A stretch of DNA of 61,713 bases, filler included, from Sphacelaria rigidula (lineage: Eukaryota): NCBI GenBank assembly GCA_964200075.2. It is 6 parts of 6 records of this genome, joined end to end, with 100 filler letters (N's around TTAATTAATTAA, not from the genome) between each part and the next. Parts side by side here need not be neighbours in the genome. Positions count along the whole stretch, not along the records: positions 10,305 to 20,507 come from CAXNAA020006936.1; positions 20,608 to 30,810 come from CAXNAA020006937.1; 4 more parts are not named here. The stretch is one strand, 5' to 3'. Position numbers and translations under genes: made by a program. The notes under the pieces are model-generated. The model saw only the letters and a program-made list of their open reading frames with translations, ran no database searches and was not told the DNA's origin. Position 1 is the stretch's first letter. Each line of letters starts with the position of its first letter. This document shows, piece after piece, positions 10,305 to 22,098 of the stretch.

Positions 10305-11809
10305 CGTTAAGGGCTCGCACAAACATAACGATACAGACTTATGGGACAGAGGAAGTATGTTCCAGATTATCAATCTGGCCAAAGTGTTTTTGTATATTTT
10401 CACTTGAAAAATGAGGGTTGAGACTCAGTCAGCTGTCCACGTAGGGACCCTTGAAAAATTGAGACGGCTCCGACCATTCAACCCGGGTGTTCGGGTAGGT
10501 ACAGAAGCACGCTTAGAGACTCTATCTAACGTCCTGGCTATCAGCGTTCCTCGCGCAAATCACTCGGTTGCGAGCGTGTCGAAGCTACAGTGCAAACCCG
10601 GCTTTACACATCGCTTTAGAGGGCTCACAAGACCTACTTTGAATTAAATACAAGCCTCGAGGCGCCGACCGAACCATCGTGTCCCACCCAATCGACCGCG
10701 GCCGCCGGCGGGCCCAAGGAACATCGACGATGGTGTGAGGTGTTGTTGTAGCCATTCGTCTCCACGAGAATCTCGAACGGTCCATCGATAGGGCGTGTCC
10801 CGCCCGGTAGCTCAATAAATAAGCAATGGGCTACACTCTGCATATATCCTCCTGACGAGGTATGCCGCGAAATACGAACGTTCTAGTCCGCGACGATATC
10901 GCGGCGTCCACCGTTCACAATCGTCTTGTCGTGTGTCCTCCAAAATCTCTCCCCTGCGTTTTGTTGTGTGTATGTGTGTGGTAGTAGATAATCTTAATAT
11001 GCCCTTTCGACTGGAAAATGTATGCGTTTTTCGCCTGCAGGAGATACTATTTCGGACCAGATGTGCAAAACTGAAAAACGAAAAACGCGCCAGATACACC
11101 TTTTTCGGTCGGGATTCTTTCAGGCACATTGACGGAGAACATGTGCTGCGCATGTACCTTGCACAAAAGCGGAGGGGGGCGCATTCTCGTCTCGTGCGGC
11201 CCATGCGTCAAACGGGGCACCTCTCCAAACCCACCCTATACCCTCATTAGGCGGAAAATCCAGAGGTATACCGGATCTTGCGTTCCTTTTCTTAAATACG
11301 TACTTAAAAGTACCTTTTCCAGACGGCTCTCCCGTCCTTCTACAATCGGGTATGGACTACTGGAGGATCTTATGTACCTCAAGCAGTCGGTGCACGCCCG
11401 TAATCAAACCACCAGCAAAGGCAACCATGGCACCTGAAAAAATATTTTTCCGCCCATTTATTTGCCGTTCTAATAAGTGTAGTAAGAAGAGATCGCTCTG
11501 GACCGTAACTCCCCCCTCATCCCCACCTGTTGAGGACAGAAAAATATATTTTCGGTCGCCTCTTTTTTTTCTTGAATTTTTCAGGACTTGTGTACTAATT
11601 TGACGACTCGACAGCTTGTCTTGGTGGCTCCATCTATGGTGACAAGATGCAACGCCGCGTGGTCGTCCAATTTTGATGCATTACATGCATAACGGCATGA
11701 CGATAGTGTGGCGAGTCAAAGTGCTTGTTTGAATGCAGGGGGACCAGGCCGAAAAATGCTGCATGATACATAGCGGAGTAGAACAATCACCTCCGCTAGT
11801 CTAGGATCT

Positions 11810-12205
11810 AGTGAGTGACCTGGCTCACGCATACTCAGTCTAGTAACTTGCCTCTCCTACTCTTGAATCAAGAGACCTGCCTATGCTAACCTACTACCGT
11901 AAGATGAAGTGATTTGCTTTACCTGGTCTCAGATCAAGTAACTTGCCTCAGGTAGTCTAAAATCAGGTGCAGTGGTTCAGCTGCACTAAGTTTAAATAAT
12001 CTGGCTCCCCACAAAGAGAAAGTGACTTGTCTCAGCTAGTCTATAACCAAGTGACGTTGTCCACCTGTACTCAGTTCAAGTTACTCGCTTCATCTAGTAT
12101 AAAATCAAGTGATTTGGTTCAACTATACTTAGGTCAAGTAACTTGCCTCCCCGGTTCTAGACTAAGTGATTCGTTGAGTACAGGAATTAGTGTGCAAGTA
12201 GTTGA
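11810..12205. repeat. Degenerate minisatellite, ~29-bp period with a ~58-bp dimer
   Basis: Core AAGT(G/A)A(C/T)TTG recurs about 14 times at mostly 26-30-bp spacing, alternating aagtgatttgg and aagtaacttgcct variants. Confidence 0.75.
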
Positions 12206-13149
12206 TGGAGGATTTGATATCCCCCCTCCCCCCTCCCCCCTGGGGCACCTACGAGTATAATGAAAAAATGGTGCTGGGGCCCAGGGCGATATTTCTTCAC
12301 TACCCTTTACGATTCGCCAAAACACAACGACCTAACCCGGCGTGTTCTTTCCAAAAACATAAGATCCCGAGGCTCTCCCCACAAGCTACTGCCCGCACCC
12401 CGACACCCCGACGGCGGTTGAGCCGCATTCCGATCACTCCGCCGAGCAGCGGCAATTCCGAATATGAAGATAAAAGTTCTCCGCGTTCCAGGCGGATATG
12501 ACACGTCCTTGGTTTTGGTTCTCGGTCCACTGACATCCCGTCTTTCGCGAGAACCGCCTCTTTCACCAACCCACGCGCCATGGGGTGTTTTTGGCCGCTC
12601 TTCTTGGTCCCAAACCGATTCATTTCCGGCTTTGGAGCGATGAATAGGTAACAATCCAAGAAATCGGGTCTGTAAATCTATTCACGAGAGCGGTATGAAC
12701 TGCTTGCCACCCCCCTACACCATACACAACCCAGTTGGGTAATTCCCGCAGTTCCATATAATATGTTGAATTTTCTCGGACCGTAGCAGTCTTTCTTGGC
12801 AGTCGAAAGTTGTAGTATCGGTAGATATTGGATATTAGAAAACGCAGCAAGCCGTGCTCAAGGCACAATCCCCAAGTCATCTATTTTCGGGGTGATACGG
12901 AGTAAAGGCTTCGCCCATCAGGGGGTGTTATTGACCGTCACTGGTCCAAACTTTAGGACCAGACATTTATCGTGAAAAAAAACGCCAACTACGGTACTAC
13001 AAGATTACTACGGTAAAAATTACAAACATCGCCCCGTCCTATCTCCCGATGTAACGATAGCACAGCAATGTATGCTCGAGTATATTAGTACCAAGGTGAT
13101 TCCGAGACCGTGCTTTGGAGGGCAAACGCCACCCAGACAAATTCCTGAC

Positions 13150-13380
13150 CTTCGCGGCGACCCTTTCCGATGTTGGTTTGTGCACTGCAAGCTTAACTTC
13201 GCCGAACGTGCCCTCACCCATGGTCTTGCCCAACACGAATTGTCCAACCTCCTTCTGGTTCAAAGCAACTGAGAATCCACTACCGCCGGTGCCGCTGCCT
13301 CGCCCGCCATATCCTGTATGATTACCTCCTGATCCCCTCCTCACCGAACCCCGTGAGGTAGGGACGGGGGCTGACACCAT
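13150..13380 (-). CDS. First coding exon of a SNF1/AMPK(CAMKL)-type Ser/Thr protein kinase
   Basis: VGQFVLGKTMGEGTFGEVKLAVHKPTSERVAAK gives the Gly-rich loop and subdomain II Lys. There is an in-frame stop upstream of the ATG and a donor AAG|GTCAGG at 13149. Downstream exons were not found in this piece. Confidence 0.88.
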
Positions 13381-14071
13381 TATGCCGTCACTATGTCACC
13401 GCTATTTCGCTGCTTGCTACACTGGATAGATACTCGTCGTGACGTCTGCTGAGTTTTCATCGACATCGACGACTGCAAGAGGATCACGTTTCGGTGCGGC
13501 TGCGTCGTGCCTCACGGCACCGACCTCGGGACCAGCATAGATCCTGCCGAAGACAGAAGGTTTACGCACGGGCCATGGGCTCCGGTTCTTCACAGCTGTT
13601 CAAACTGAACAACGGCACAATGTAGACTTCAGCTGTCATTCCAAACTGAGAGTTTGTCGACCTGCGCGGGTTTACGTATGTCTATGCAACCTCTACTGAC
13701 TGCATGTAGTGTGCTGCGCCGTGCTGAGCTGTGCCTTACTGAGCTGTAGAACAACGTGCAACACGGATGCCCCTTTCGTTATGCGGTGGGAAAAGCAAAC
13801 GCCGTTGAGCCTCGCCGCTCTCTCCCGACAAACTGCGTGCTAGGATACACGTCATCATTCATCCGCGTACCGTTCATGATACTTGATCGCACTTTTAGTT
13901 TCAGCGCAATATACCGAGCAACATGCATGTCACAAACGATCTTGGATCGTCAACCGGCCACGAAACGCTTGCGAGAATTCTCCCGAGTTTACGAAGTCGA
14001 CGGTTACAGGAAAGTTTCCCGCGTACAAAGTCGTGTTACAAACACGCACGCGTAAAGAAAGATCATAGCAC

Positions 14072-14258
14072 TTGGTAGAAGGCAACTCCGTAGCTGCCTT
14101 GTTGTTGATCACCGGCATAACACGCAGACAGCAGGCACTGAACATGGAACAGGCTGCTGCAATACCACAGACTCCAGTCGGAGACAGCACAAAGGCCATA
14201 CCCATACCAGATGACTTAGACCCTCGAGAACGAGCCCTGCTTGAGAAGCTGCAAACAG
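14072..14258 (+). CDS. Candidate exon, possibly a 5' part of the PH-domain gene
   Basis: Open frame ...MEQAAAIPQTP...PDDLDPRERALLEKLQTG ending at donor CAG|GTGACT. The 5' boundary and the linkage to later exons are uncertain. Confidence 0.35.
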
Positions 14259-16454
14259 GTGACTTGATGCGACTCTGATTTTGTTTGACAAAAGCAGTTT
14301 TTGCAGTTTCTGGCTTTTCGCAAATTATTTTCATCGTAGCCAAAGCCCCTGTGTGCTCAATGCCGTCCCTGTCTTCGCTCAGGAATTACGCCATGAGGTG
14401 ATAGCCCTAGAGCGGATTATTGCGCCTGTTTATTTTTGTACGAGGTACACTTCTTGATGTTCTTTATTGCAATCGTTTGTCGCGTGTGTGCGGTCTGTTT
14501 CTGTCTAGACAAAAGGACCGGTGTGGACATACTTGCTACGATAATCGCCCCGCAAATGTTATGCGAAAGTGATCGGCTTCGTGAATACCACCCCCCCCAC
14601 CCCCTTCCGAGCCCATCGTCAGAACGGTGCTGGACAGTATTGTACGGTTGCAAGCATAAGCATATCGACCTACTGAGGCAAGAACTCCAAACCTCGATTT
14701 GCTCCAGGACAAACACCGCGAACTCGTGTCTTTGATAGATATAGAAAACAGCTTTTCTATCGATGCAGCAAGTTTGTTTGACACTCCGAGAAAATCGAGG
14801 TCAAAGATTGTCTTGTATTCGCGGTCCTGTCCTTTTGTAAACACACCAGGCAAATGCTAGAAACCGACTCGGCGTTCTGTATCATGCACTTGAGCATCTC
14901 TGCCTGAGTCTCGGTCGTTTACAGCAGAACCTTGTAAATGTCCTCACTATCGCTTCTCTATCTTGGTTATGTAGGCATGTAGAGCTCTTTGGCGCCCCCT
15001 TTTCTCTCGTGTCGGACAAGCCCTGCCTGCGGCCCCCTCCCTCTTGAAAATGTGTTCAGTGTGCTGCAGCACGAACGGTGTTTTTTTTTTCTGATCCGTT
15101 GAGGGCCATCCTGATTACTTCAGTGAAAGCGGTTCAACCACTGTGTACAGACAGTATATACTGCTGCAGCACTTCCTCTGTACTCTACTGAACGTCACTC
15201 CAAGTCCTCCTGCGCATGGTTGAACCAAACGAACGGCTGTCTCAGGACATGCTTCCCACCCACGCTGTAACAGTGGAGGATGCGTGTGGACACTATTATT
15301 GACAATATTTGGGGGACAGAAGACAGCACTGCTGTGCACTTTCCGTGCCGTGCAGTTCGAATACTAGTACTACTGACCGTTCTTGACCTCACGTTGCTGC
15401 AAAATCCTCCGTGATGGGGGGGGTATGTGACGAATTGATCCTAATACATGCGCAAACGCCACCTTTTTTTCTGTGTGCTCCGATAATGCAGGCACCTTCA
15501 CCATGGTCAAGTTTGGGATGAGGGGCACCCCCCACAAGCGCACGTTCACCCTCACGCCAGACATGCATCTGCATTGGTGCGTATAGTATACAAAAAATAT
15601 ACGAAGTATATGATTGCTTCATTGTTTCGTCGGTCATTGTTACACTGTAATAATAAGAGTATAGTAGTCATGCGATGCACCACGAGTCACCTGGTAGGGC
15701 ACCTAATAGACGGACTCGCTGGGAGGAAACTCGCAAAGGAGGGGGGGGGAGAGATAAAGTAGGAAGGGAAGAACGAATGGAGCAAATCGAAAAAGAAGAT
15801 TTTGTTCAGGTATATATATATATACATACATGTTGACTCTCATGTATCTGTACCTCATGTTCGCGTGTGTTGTTTTTCCGTTTCACGAGATGGCTGGTAA
15901 TCCATTCCGCCTTTGATTCTGAGAATTTGATTTTAAAATTTGCAGCATTTTTTACTCTCGTCCATACAATCAGTATGGAAGCAGACTTCCGAGCGGACGA
16001 GCAAATTGCGCGTAGCACAAACAACGAAACTCGTGTAGAAGAGCAGAGTTATGGTTGAAAAACACGGAACGCGGGCTATTGCTGTACGTGCGGGGCTTTG
16101 CAGCTTGCCTTCAGTTCGTCATTCTTGCGCAATTTCTGCGCGGGGACAGAAAAGCAAAAACCGGGAGCACTCGCGTGCATGTCCAACTCTTCAGGCCGTT
16201 TGGTGAGGATTTAAAAAGAAATCTCCCCAAAAATGGCGACTCCGGGTCAGAAAATGGTGGTGAGACCATTTTTTAGACCCATTATTATCGAAGAAATGTT
16301 TGTGGAGAAGTCCTCAAATTCTGGAGAGCTCCAAGGGGAGCTGTTATTATTGTTCAGGCCAACTCTTATGGGTCGAAATTCTTGTTGAAAATTGCCTTTT
16401 GGGCCCGTCTCTCCGTCGTTGTACGCCCGAGAAGGCAGCTAGACAGATGTTCAC

Positions 16455-16725
16455 GCCTTGTAATGACTTGATCTACTCGTTGAGACCGTGAAAGAGTAAC
16501 TTTGCGTTTCCCGCTGGCCGCAGTTTTTATTTCTGGCCTAACTTGCATTTTTTCAGTAACAAACGGACAAGTGATGGAAAACAGGGGGAAGCTGCCAGTA
16601 TTTTGACCAGGCGTTTGTTACTGAAATTGGAAGTTTGGCGAAACATTAAAAAAAAACTGCGGCCAGCGGGAAAGGCAAAGTTGCCCTGGAACGGTCTCCA
16701 CGAGTAAAGCAATTCATTCCAAGGC
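16455..16725. repeat. Foldback element with ~105-bp imperfect arms, same family as 21326-21632
   Basis: 16462-16565 pairs with 16612-16718, and 16390-16590 is clearly homologous to 21340-21530. Confidence 0.8.
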
Positions 16726-17544
16726 TGTCAAACTGACCACGACGTTCACCGCATCCAAGTAGCTTTCTGATGTACCTCATGCGCTCACGGTGCTCTCTAG
16801 GTGGATCGAGATGAGGAATATTGCAGACAAACAGACTCCCGAGGTATGAGCGTCCTAGAAAAAAAAACGCAAATGGTCGCTATCTTGGACATGGTCTTCG
16901 GGGAATGTCAAGGGTGTGTAGGGTGAAGTATACCCGATAATTTTGTAATTTGAAAGTCGTACATCACCTGCCTGAGTCAGTCGCAATGACTTGTAGTATG
17001 GGCGGTATAGACGGGAACAACAGCACTAGGCTTGCTGCTGCTGAGGGCATCGGTCGGATCTCCACTTTTCAAAATCCCAACATTATCGGGTATACCATAC
17101 CCGACCTGCCCTCGGGGAGTTTCATAGTTCTATCTCGACTCTCAGCGTAACGCTGCCGAAGTGATAACGCAATATCCCTGGCAATGCGTTTCTGCCACGC
17201 GGTTTTTTTCTCGTTCTGGCTCCTCGGCGTGCCCATTGTGCACCACGACTCTGTCGGGGTTCGGCGATTTGGGTAATAAATTCCCGGGTTGTTTGCTGGG
17301 GATCTCGGGAGTGTTCAGCAGACGCTTCTGCAGCATTTCAATGCCCCTGTATATCTGCACCGAATGTAACGCGCAAGCCGGTCGTAATGTGTCTCCGACG
17401 TGCGTGCATACAGTTCCAAGGCTCCGCTCGCCTCCACACTGGATTGATTGTAGGTGTGCCCGCTATGCATTACAACCCTGACGGGGGATTGCAGCCGCAG
17501 CACAGTGTAGTTCCTCCGAAGTTTTTTATTGTTTTTTTCTGCAG

Positions 17545-17610
17545 GAGGGTCAGACCCCGATACACAACTTGCGTGGTGTCTGATGATGCCGAAGCTCCAA
17601 GTATATCTTG
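17545..17610 (+). CDS. Exon of a PH-domain (PLC/PRAF-type PH) protein
   Basis: T-rich acceptor ...tttttttctgcag|, frame RVRPRYTTCVVSDDAEAPSIS(W), donor TG|GTTGAG. The phase-2 end joins the phase-2 start at 18923 to make a Trp codon. Confidence 0.5.
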
Positions 17611-17927
17611 GTTGAGGCCACAAGTAGGTGTTGAAGTCAACAGGTTCGGTGGCCCAAGGCGCTAAGGGCGCTGTGTCAGCTAAAACGGTGGTCATCAGCG
17701 TGGAGAAAAATTGTCTCACCTATTTCCCTTGAAAGATCCGTTTTTTCAACAAATTGCAAATCAACAGTGCGCGGGACCTGAAAAAAAAAAACGAGAGCTT
17801 TTTCCGAGGCTGACGAATGTTCTAGAATGCAATCATCGTCCTGTCTCGGACCTATCATTTCGAGATTGGAAGTCGTTTTTCCCCCTCAGCGCCGAACGTA
17901 CTTCCGTGGCAGCGGTTTTCGAGTTAA

Positions 17928-18025
17928 CCCTTAGACGGTGACAGTAGTTCACCTGTTGAATCGGCATCAATTTCAGTTGAAAGACATGTGCATGATCCAG
18001 ATGGACTACCCTCGCAGCCTAAGGG
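17928..18025. mobile_element. piggyBac-type MITE (~98 bp, TTAA target site)
   Basis: TTAA|CCCTTAGAC...GCCTAAGGG|TTAA. The conserved interior gaatcggcatcaattt...gcatgatccagatggactacc is shared with three other copies. Confidence 0.8.
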
Positions 18026-18696
18026 TTAAGGTCCCCTGTGCTCTTGATAGTGAAAAACATCATTTTCCAGCGCCGCTGCAACGTTCGTGTAGCGTTGTCC
18101 GAGGCCGAATATCGCTCTAAGGTGGTTTAGATTTTTGTACCGGGGGGAGAAATTGCGCCACGATCAAGCATCTCCGAGATGAACATCACGTGCGATTTTT
18201 TATGCCCTTCGGGGAAAAAAATAGTGAATGAAAAATACATGAAGAAGAAGCGGTGCTTCGATATGGACGCATCAACGTGATCGATCAACCATTGTTGTTT
18301 AGTACAACCTTCTGTGGGGTCAGTGAAGTCTTTTGCGAATCTTTACTGCAGGAAAGAGTATGTGTTCGTGCCTGAAGTTTCGCGTCGCGACGAATTGTCG
18401 CGGTTGGTTATTTGATGACTGGGCAATGACTAAAAGCGGCGCTCCTTCACCCTACCAACTTGAGAAGAATGAGACTAGTTCACCACTTGGTTGAGCGGAG
18501 AAATTTCTCGGAAGAATATTATTTTAATAAGTCTCACCCTCACCCTCAACGAAGGCATACCGAGAACCCTCAGGCAAGGGGGGTGCAAAGTCTTCCCTCG
18601 GCAAAGTGTGCGCTGCCGAACCTCAAATCTGCGCCTGCGGCGTCGATTTGGATGAATACTCGATCTGGGCCCGCGAGGAGCACAGCCCCCATATAA

Positions 18697-18799
18697 CCCT
18701 TCGACCGCGAGGGTAGGTCACCTGCTGAATCGGCATCAATGTTCACTTAAAAAAAACTATGCGTTATCCAGATGGACTACCCGCATCGCGGTCTAAGGG
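18697..18799. mobile_element. piggyBac-type MITE copy
   Basis: ATAA|CCCTTCGACCGCGAGGGTAG...CGCGGTCTAAGGG|TTAA with the same interior. Confidence 0.8.
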
Positions 18800-18922
18800 T
18801 TAACGTCCGAATTTCGGTGTCCACACTATAACGAAGGGGGTCAACTTCCACCTTTCAAGTGGTGACTGCTACTGAGAAGAAATGGGCTCTTTTTTGGTGG
18901 CTGTGTCATTGCTGTACAACAG

Positions 18923-19068
18923 GGAATCATCGCGAAAGTCAAAGTCAAAAACCACCGTGGATCTTGCGAGAGTGGACCGCGTTCAGACGGGTCAGAGGAC
19001 GCGAAAGTTCAGCCGCTTTGCGGAGAAACATCGGGAAGCGATAGACCGGTCTCTGAGCCTCATCTACG
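18923..19068 (+). CDS. Exon of a PH-domain (PLC/PRAF-type PH) protein
   Basis: AG/GT-bounded exon (donor G|GTGAGC) encoding (W)ESSRKSKSKTTVDLARVDRVQTGQRTRKFSRF...DRSLSLIY. This fits the WxSxxK...VxxGQxTxxF...SxSLIY pattern of PLC-like PH domains. Confidence 0.7.
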
Positions 19069-19828
19069 GTGAGCAAGCACTCCGGAGAGGGGGAAGGGAT
19101 ACGGTACAGGGAAGCATATGAGTCCGTTTGTTGTTGTTTTTGTCACTCTTTTAACCCCTCCGCTTCCTCGAGGCGAGTCCCACTCACCAGATATTTATCA
19201 ACTCGTGTCTCTCCCGGTGCGTGAACCACAAACATGGTGAATCTTTGACCCGCAAAGAAGTGTACTGTACTGTACAGCTGGTCATTTTGCATTGAGTCCA
19301 TGTGTGCGAACGCAAAGCGTCTGTGACCCGGTTTGTGGTGTTCCTGTGCTCTTGCAGCGAAGATTTCAAAAGCCTCGTAGCGAAAGGGTTCCATTACGCA
19401 GCCCCAGAGTCCCACGTCCAGATCCCTTTTTGGACTTCAGTTAGACGAGCGTCAGCAAGGGTATGTCGAACTCTCAGGCCTCGTTCCGGGCTGCGAATTT
19501 TCCGCGGGAAGCTTCCGAACATACATGGTTGACTTGGTGATGAAAGGAGGTGTTGTGTGTCGCGAAAACGAAGGGGGGGGGGGGGTATGGGACGTTAATA
19601 TGTAGCCCCCCCATCTCCAGCGACTAGTTGATATTCTGTGGTCTATTATATCAACATGAATTTTGTGTCTGACGGAGCGACATTGCCTACGCATTGAAAC
19701 AAGGGGGGAAGGGGGCCCGAAACAACCGCGCCTTGGCATGCTACGTTCATGTATCATTATTTATTCTTGCATACGCGGCGGTGGCGCCAACTCGTGTCCT
19801 GCCAGCATTCGCCGTTGTGCTTAGCCTC

Positions 19829-19972
19829 CACATCCTGGACAATAGATCATACTGTCAAAAATGCACTGCGTACAGTATCGACGTTTGCGTCTACTGTATT
19901 GCAATATAGACGATATATTTCATACTCTACGCAGTGCACATTTTGACAAACTAATCTATCGTCCAGGGTGTG
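19829..19972. mobile_element. Palindromic MITE, CACA(C/T)CCTGGAC terminal family
   Basis: Termini cacatcctggacaatagat and atctatcgtccagggtgtg, with inner ctgcgtacagtat and atactctacgcag. Copies lie at 57709 and 58837. Confidence 0.8.
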
Positions 19973-20129
19973 TTAGGCTGGCATCAAGTGGGTGGGTGCC
20001 GACTCAAAAACAGTCGGTGGCGAATGCTTGCGGCCTTGAGACTTATCCTCCACCTGGCAGGCCCGCCTCGAAATCTGAAGTCTGGAGCTAGTTCTTTTCG
20101 GTGACAAACAGTATGGTTTTCGAGGTGTG

Positions 20130-20507
20130 TGTGGGGGTGCAATCATGATCTTGCATGCCATAGTCATGAGACCATTGACCTCGCATCTCTTCAAAGCCGG
20201 GCGGAGCACGCCGGGCTTTCGCCGAACCAGGTTCGCAATCGATCACCTAGCGCGAAGCGCCGTGGTGTGTTCGGCGAGTCGCATGAAGGATGAGGGGGAG
20301 GGGAGGGCGTACTTATTTGTTGTTCGCCTTTGTCGTCCGACTATTTACCACGCATCCCTTTCGAGACGGAGCAGGAGGGGGTGTACTCATGATCATGCAT
20401 GCCATAGTCATCAGACCATCGACCTCGACCAGCAGGAGGGGGGGGGGGGGGGGGAGATGAACTCATGATCTTGCATGCCATAGTCATAAGACCATTGGCC
20501 TCGCGGG
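20130..20507. repeat. Locally repeated ~50-bp motif (poly-G + gtactcatgatcttgcatgccatagtcat..gaccattgacctcg)
   Basis: Three clear copies at ~20135, ~20378 and ~20455, with related copies at ~52003-52320 and ~57608-57650. Confidence 0.75.
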
Positions 20508-20607
20508 NNNNNNNNNNNNNNNNNNNNNNNNNNNNNNNNNNNNNNNNNNNNTTAATTAATTAANNNNNNNNNNNNNNNNNNNNNNNNNNNNNNNNNNNNN
20601 NNNNNNN
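20508..20607. other. Artificial contig linker
   Basis: N44-TTAATTAATTAA-N44. Confidence 0.97.
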
Positions 20608-21325
20608 CACAGACAGCTGTACTACATGCCCTGTTGATTTTCCATACCAAATTTCACTTTCCAACTCCAAGAAAACAATTGCGACTTCGCCTGCAACGTA
20701 CAAATCCGCTAGTAGGCAGGCCCAGCCTGTATGGGTGCTACACATGACGCAAAAATCCGTTGAAGAATGTTCTAACGTTTATCCGCTCTCTAGCGGTTTC
20801 CGGGGGTCCCAACGTGAACACTCCCCCGAATCCGGTACAAATTGCCTCAACATGAAAGTTCATACTTATTTTACTCGTCGCGAGGTAGTCCAACGAACGT
20901 TTGTACAATTTCATTGCGCAACGCGAAAAAAGCTCAAATCCAACGGTCGATGTAAGCTCGAGGGCACAGGAAAAACGTAGGGGGCATACTAAAATCAAGT
21001 AATGAGGGGATTCCTCGTGCATTTGTATACTTCAGCGCACATACGGGCGATCACTCATCACGTCGTTTTTTCGAGTTACGGTAGACGCTAACACTTGTCA
21101 CGGGTGCTGTGGGATAGTTAGAAACTCTATGAATGGGGTTTTCGCCAGATATCCGGGGTCCCAGGAGGCGTTGTCTGACACCGCTTCCTCGGACCACGGA
21201 TATCTGGCGGAAAAAGTCAAAAGATCCCTTCATGTAGAATTCAAAACATCTTAGAGTATCTGTGTGCGAAAATCCAGGGTGTAATAAGACCAACGCTTCT
21301 GGGAGCCGATTAAAATTCGGTTGAA

Positions 21326-21632
21326 AAAAACAAAAACTGCATTTTGGGCCCTTCTCCGTCGCTTTACGCCCGAAAAGAGGGATACGCGAATGTTGACACC
21401 TTCGAATGACTTGCTCCACTCGTTGAGACCATTCCAGGGCAGCTTTGCGTTTCCCGCTGACCGCAGTTTTATTTTTGGCCAAACGCACACTTTCAAGAAC
21501 AAGCGGCCCAGTGATGGAAGAAACAGCGGGGAAACTAACTGTTGAAACTCCTTCCAAACCGTCAACAATTGCCTAGCCCTCTCCTCGGGCGTAAAGCGAC
21601 GGAGAAGGGCCCAAAATGCAATTTTTGTTTTT
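21326..21632. mobile_element. TIR/foldback element
   Basis: aaaaacaaaaactgcattttgggcccttctccgtcgctttacgcccga (from 21326) pairs almost perfectly with 21585-21632. Confidence 0.82.
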
Positions 21633-22098
21633 GAACGGCAGTTTTCGGTAGTGAGTTTTGAACGGCCCCCATCAGAGTTGGTCTAACTAAAAACAACGGC
21701 GTGAGTAATCGCTGGCGAGCAAATTTCGGTCGTTCACCCTGAACCAGCCTGTATGGGTAGCATACACCTGAACCAGCAATATGGATCCATGGATACTATT
21801 CTAGTGAAATTAAACAGTTTCAGCAGCTGGTGACGTCTAACTATCTGCTATCTCGAGCTCGATTTCACCCCCCGCCGAAACTCGCCGCCGACTGTGATCT
21901 CCACCGTTTTCCTCCTTGGTACTTATCAAAGCAGCCATTCGGGTACCCGACGATCAGGGCGCCGTTGGCACGTCCAGTATTTTTCGCTGCTTCTCCTCGC
22001 GATCGATGGAGGACGTGAACCAACATCCTGCGCGAGCAGCACGCGCCGGGCGAGTACTACAACGTTACACGGGGTGCGGGGTCTGTTTTGCCTTTCAG

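Noticed and set aside
10638..10851. Second exon of the kinase (AG/GT-bounded open frame on the minus strand)
   Set aside because: It encodes no kinase subdomain III-V motifs; its status is unknown.
11810..12205. CRISPR-like array
   Set aside because: The core is only ~10 bp and degenerate, the spacers are related to each other, the context is eukaryotic and there are no cas genes.
16801..16843. Selenocysteine or readthrough TGA in a candidate exon
   Set aside because: The exon itself is unproven, there is no redox motif and I see no SECIS evidence.
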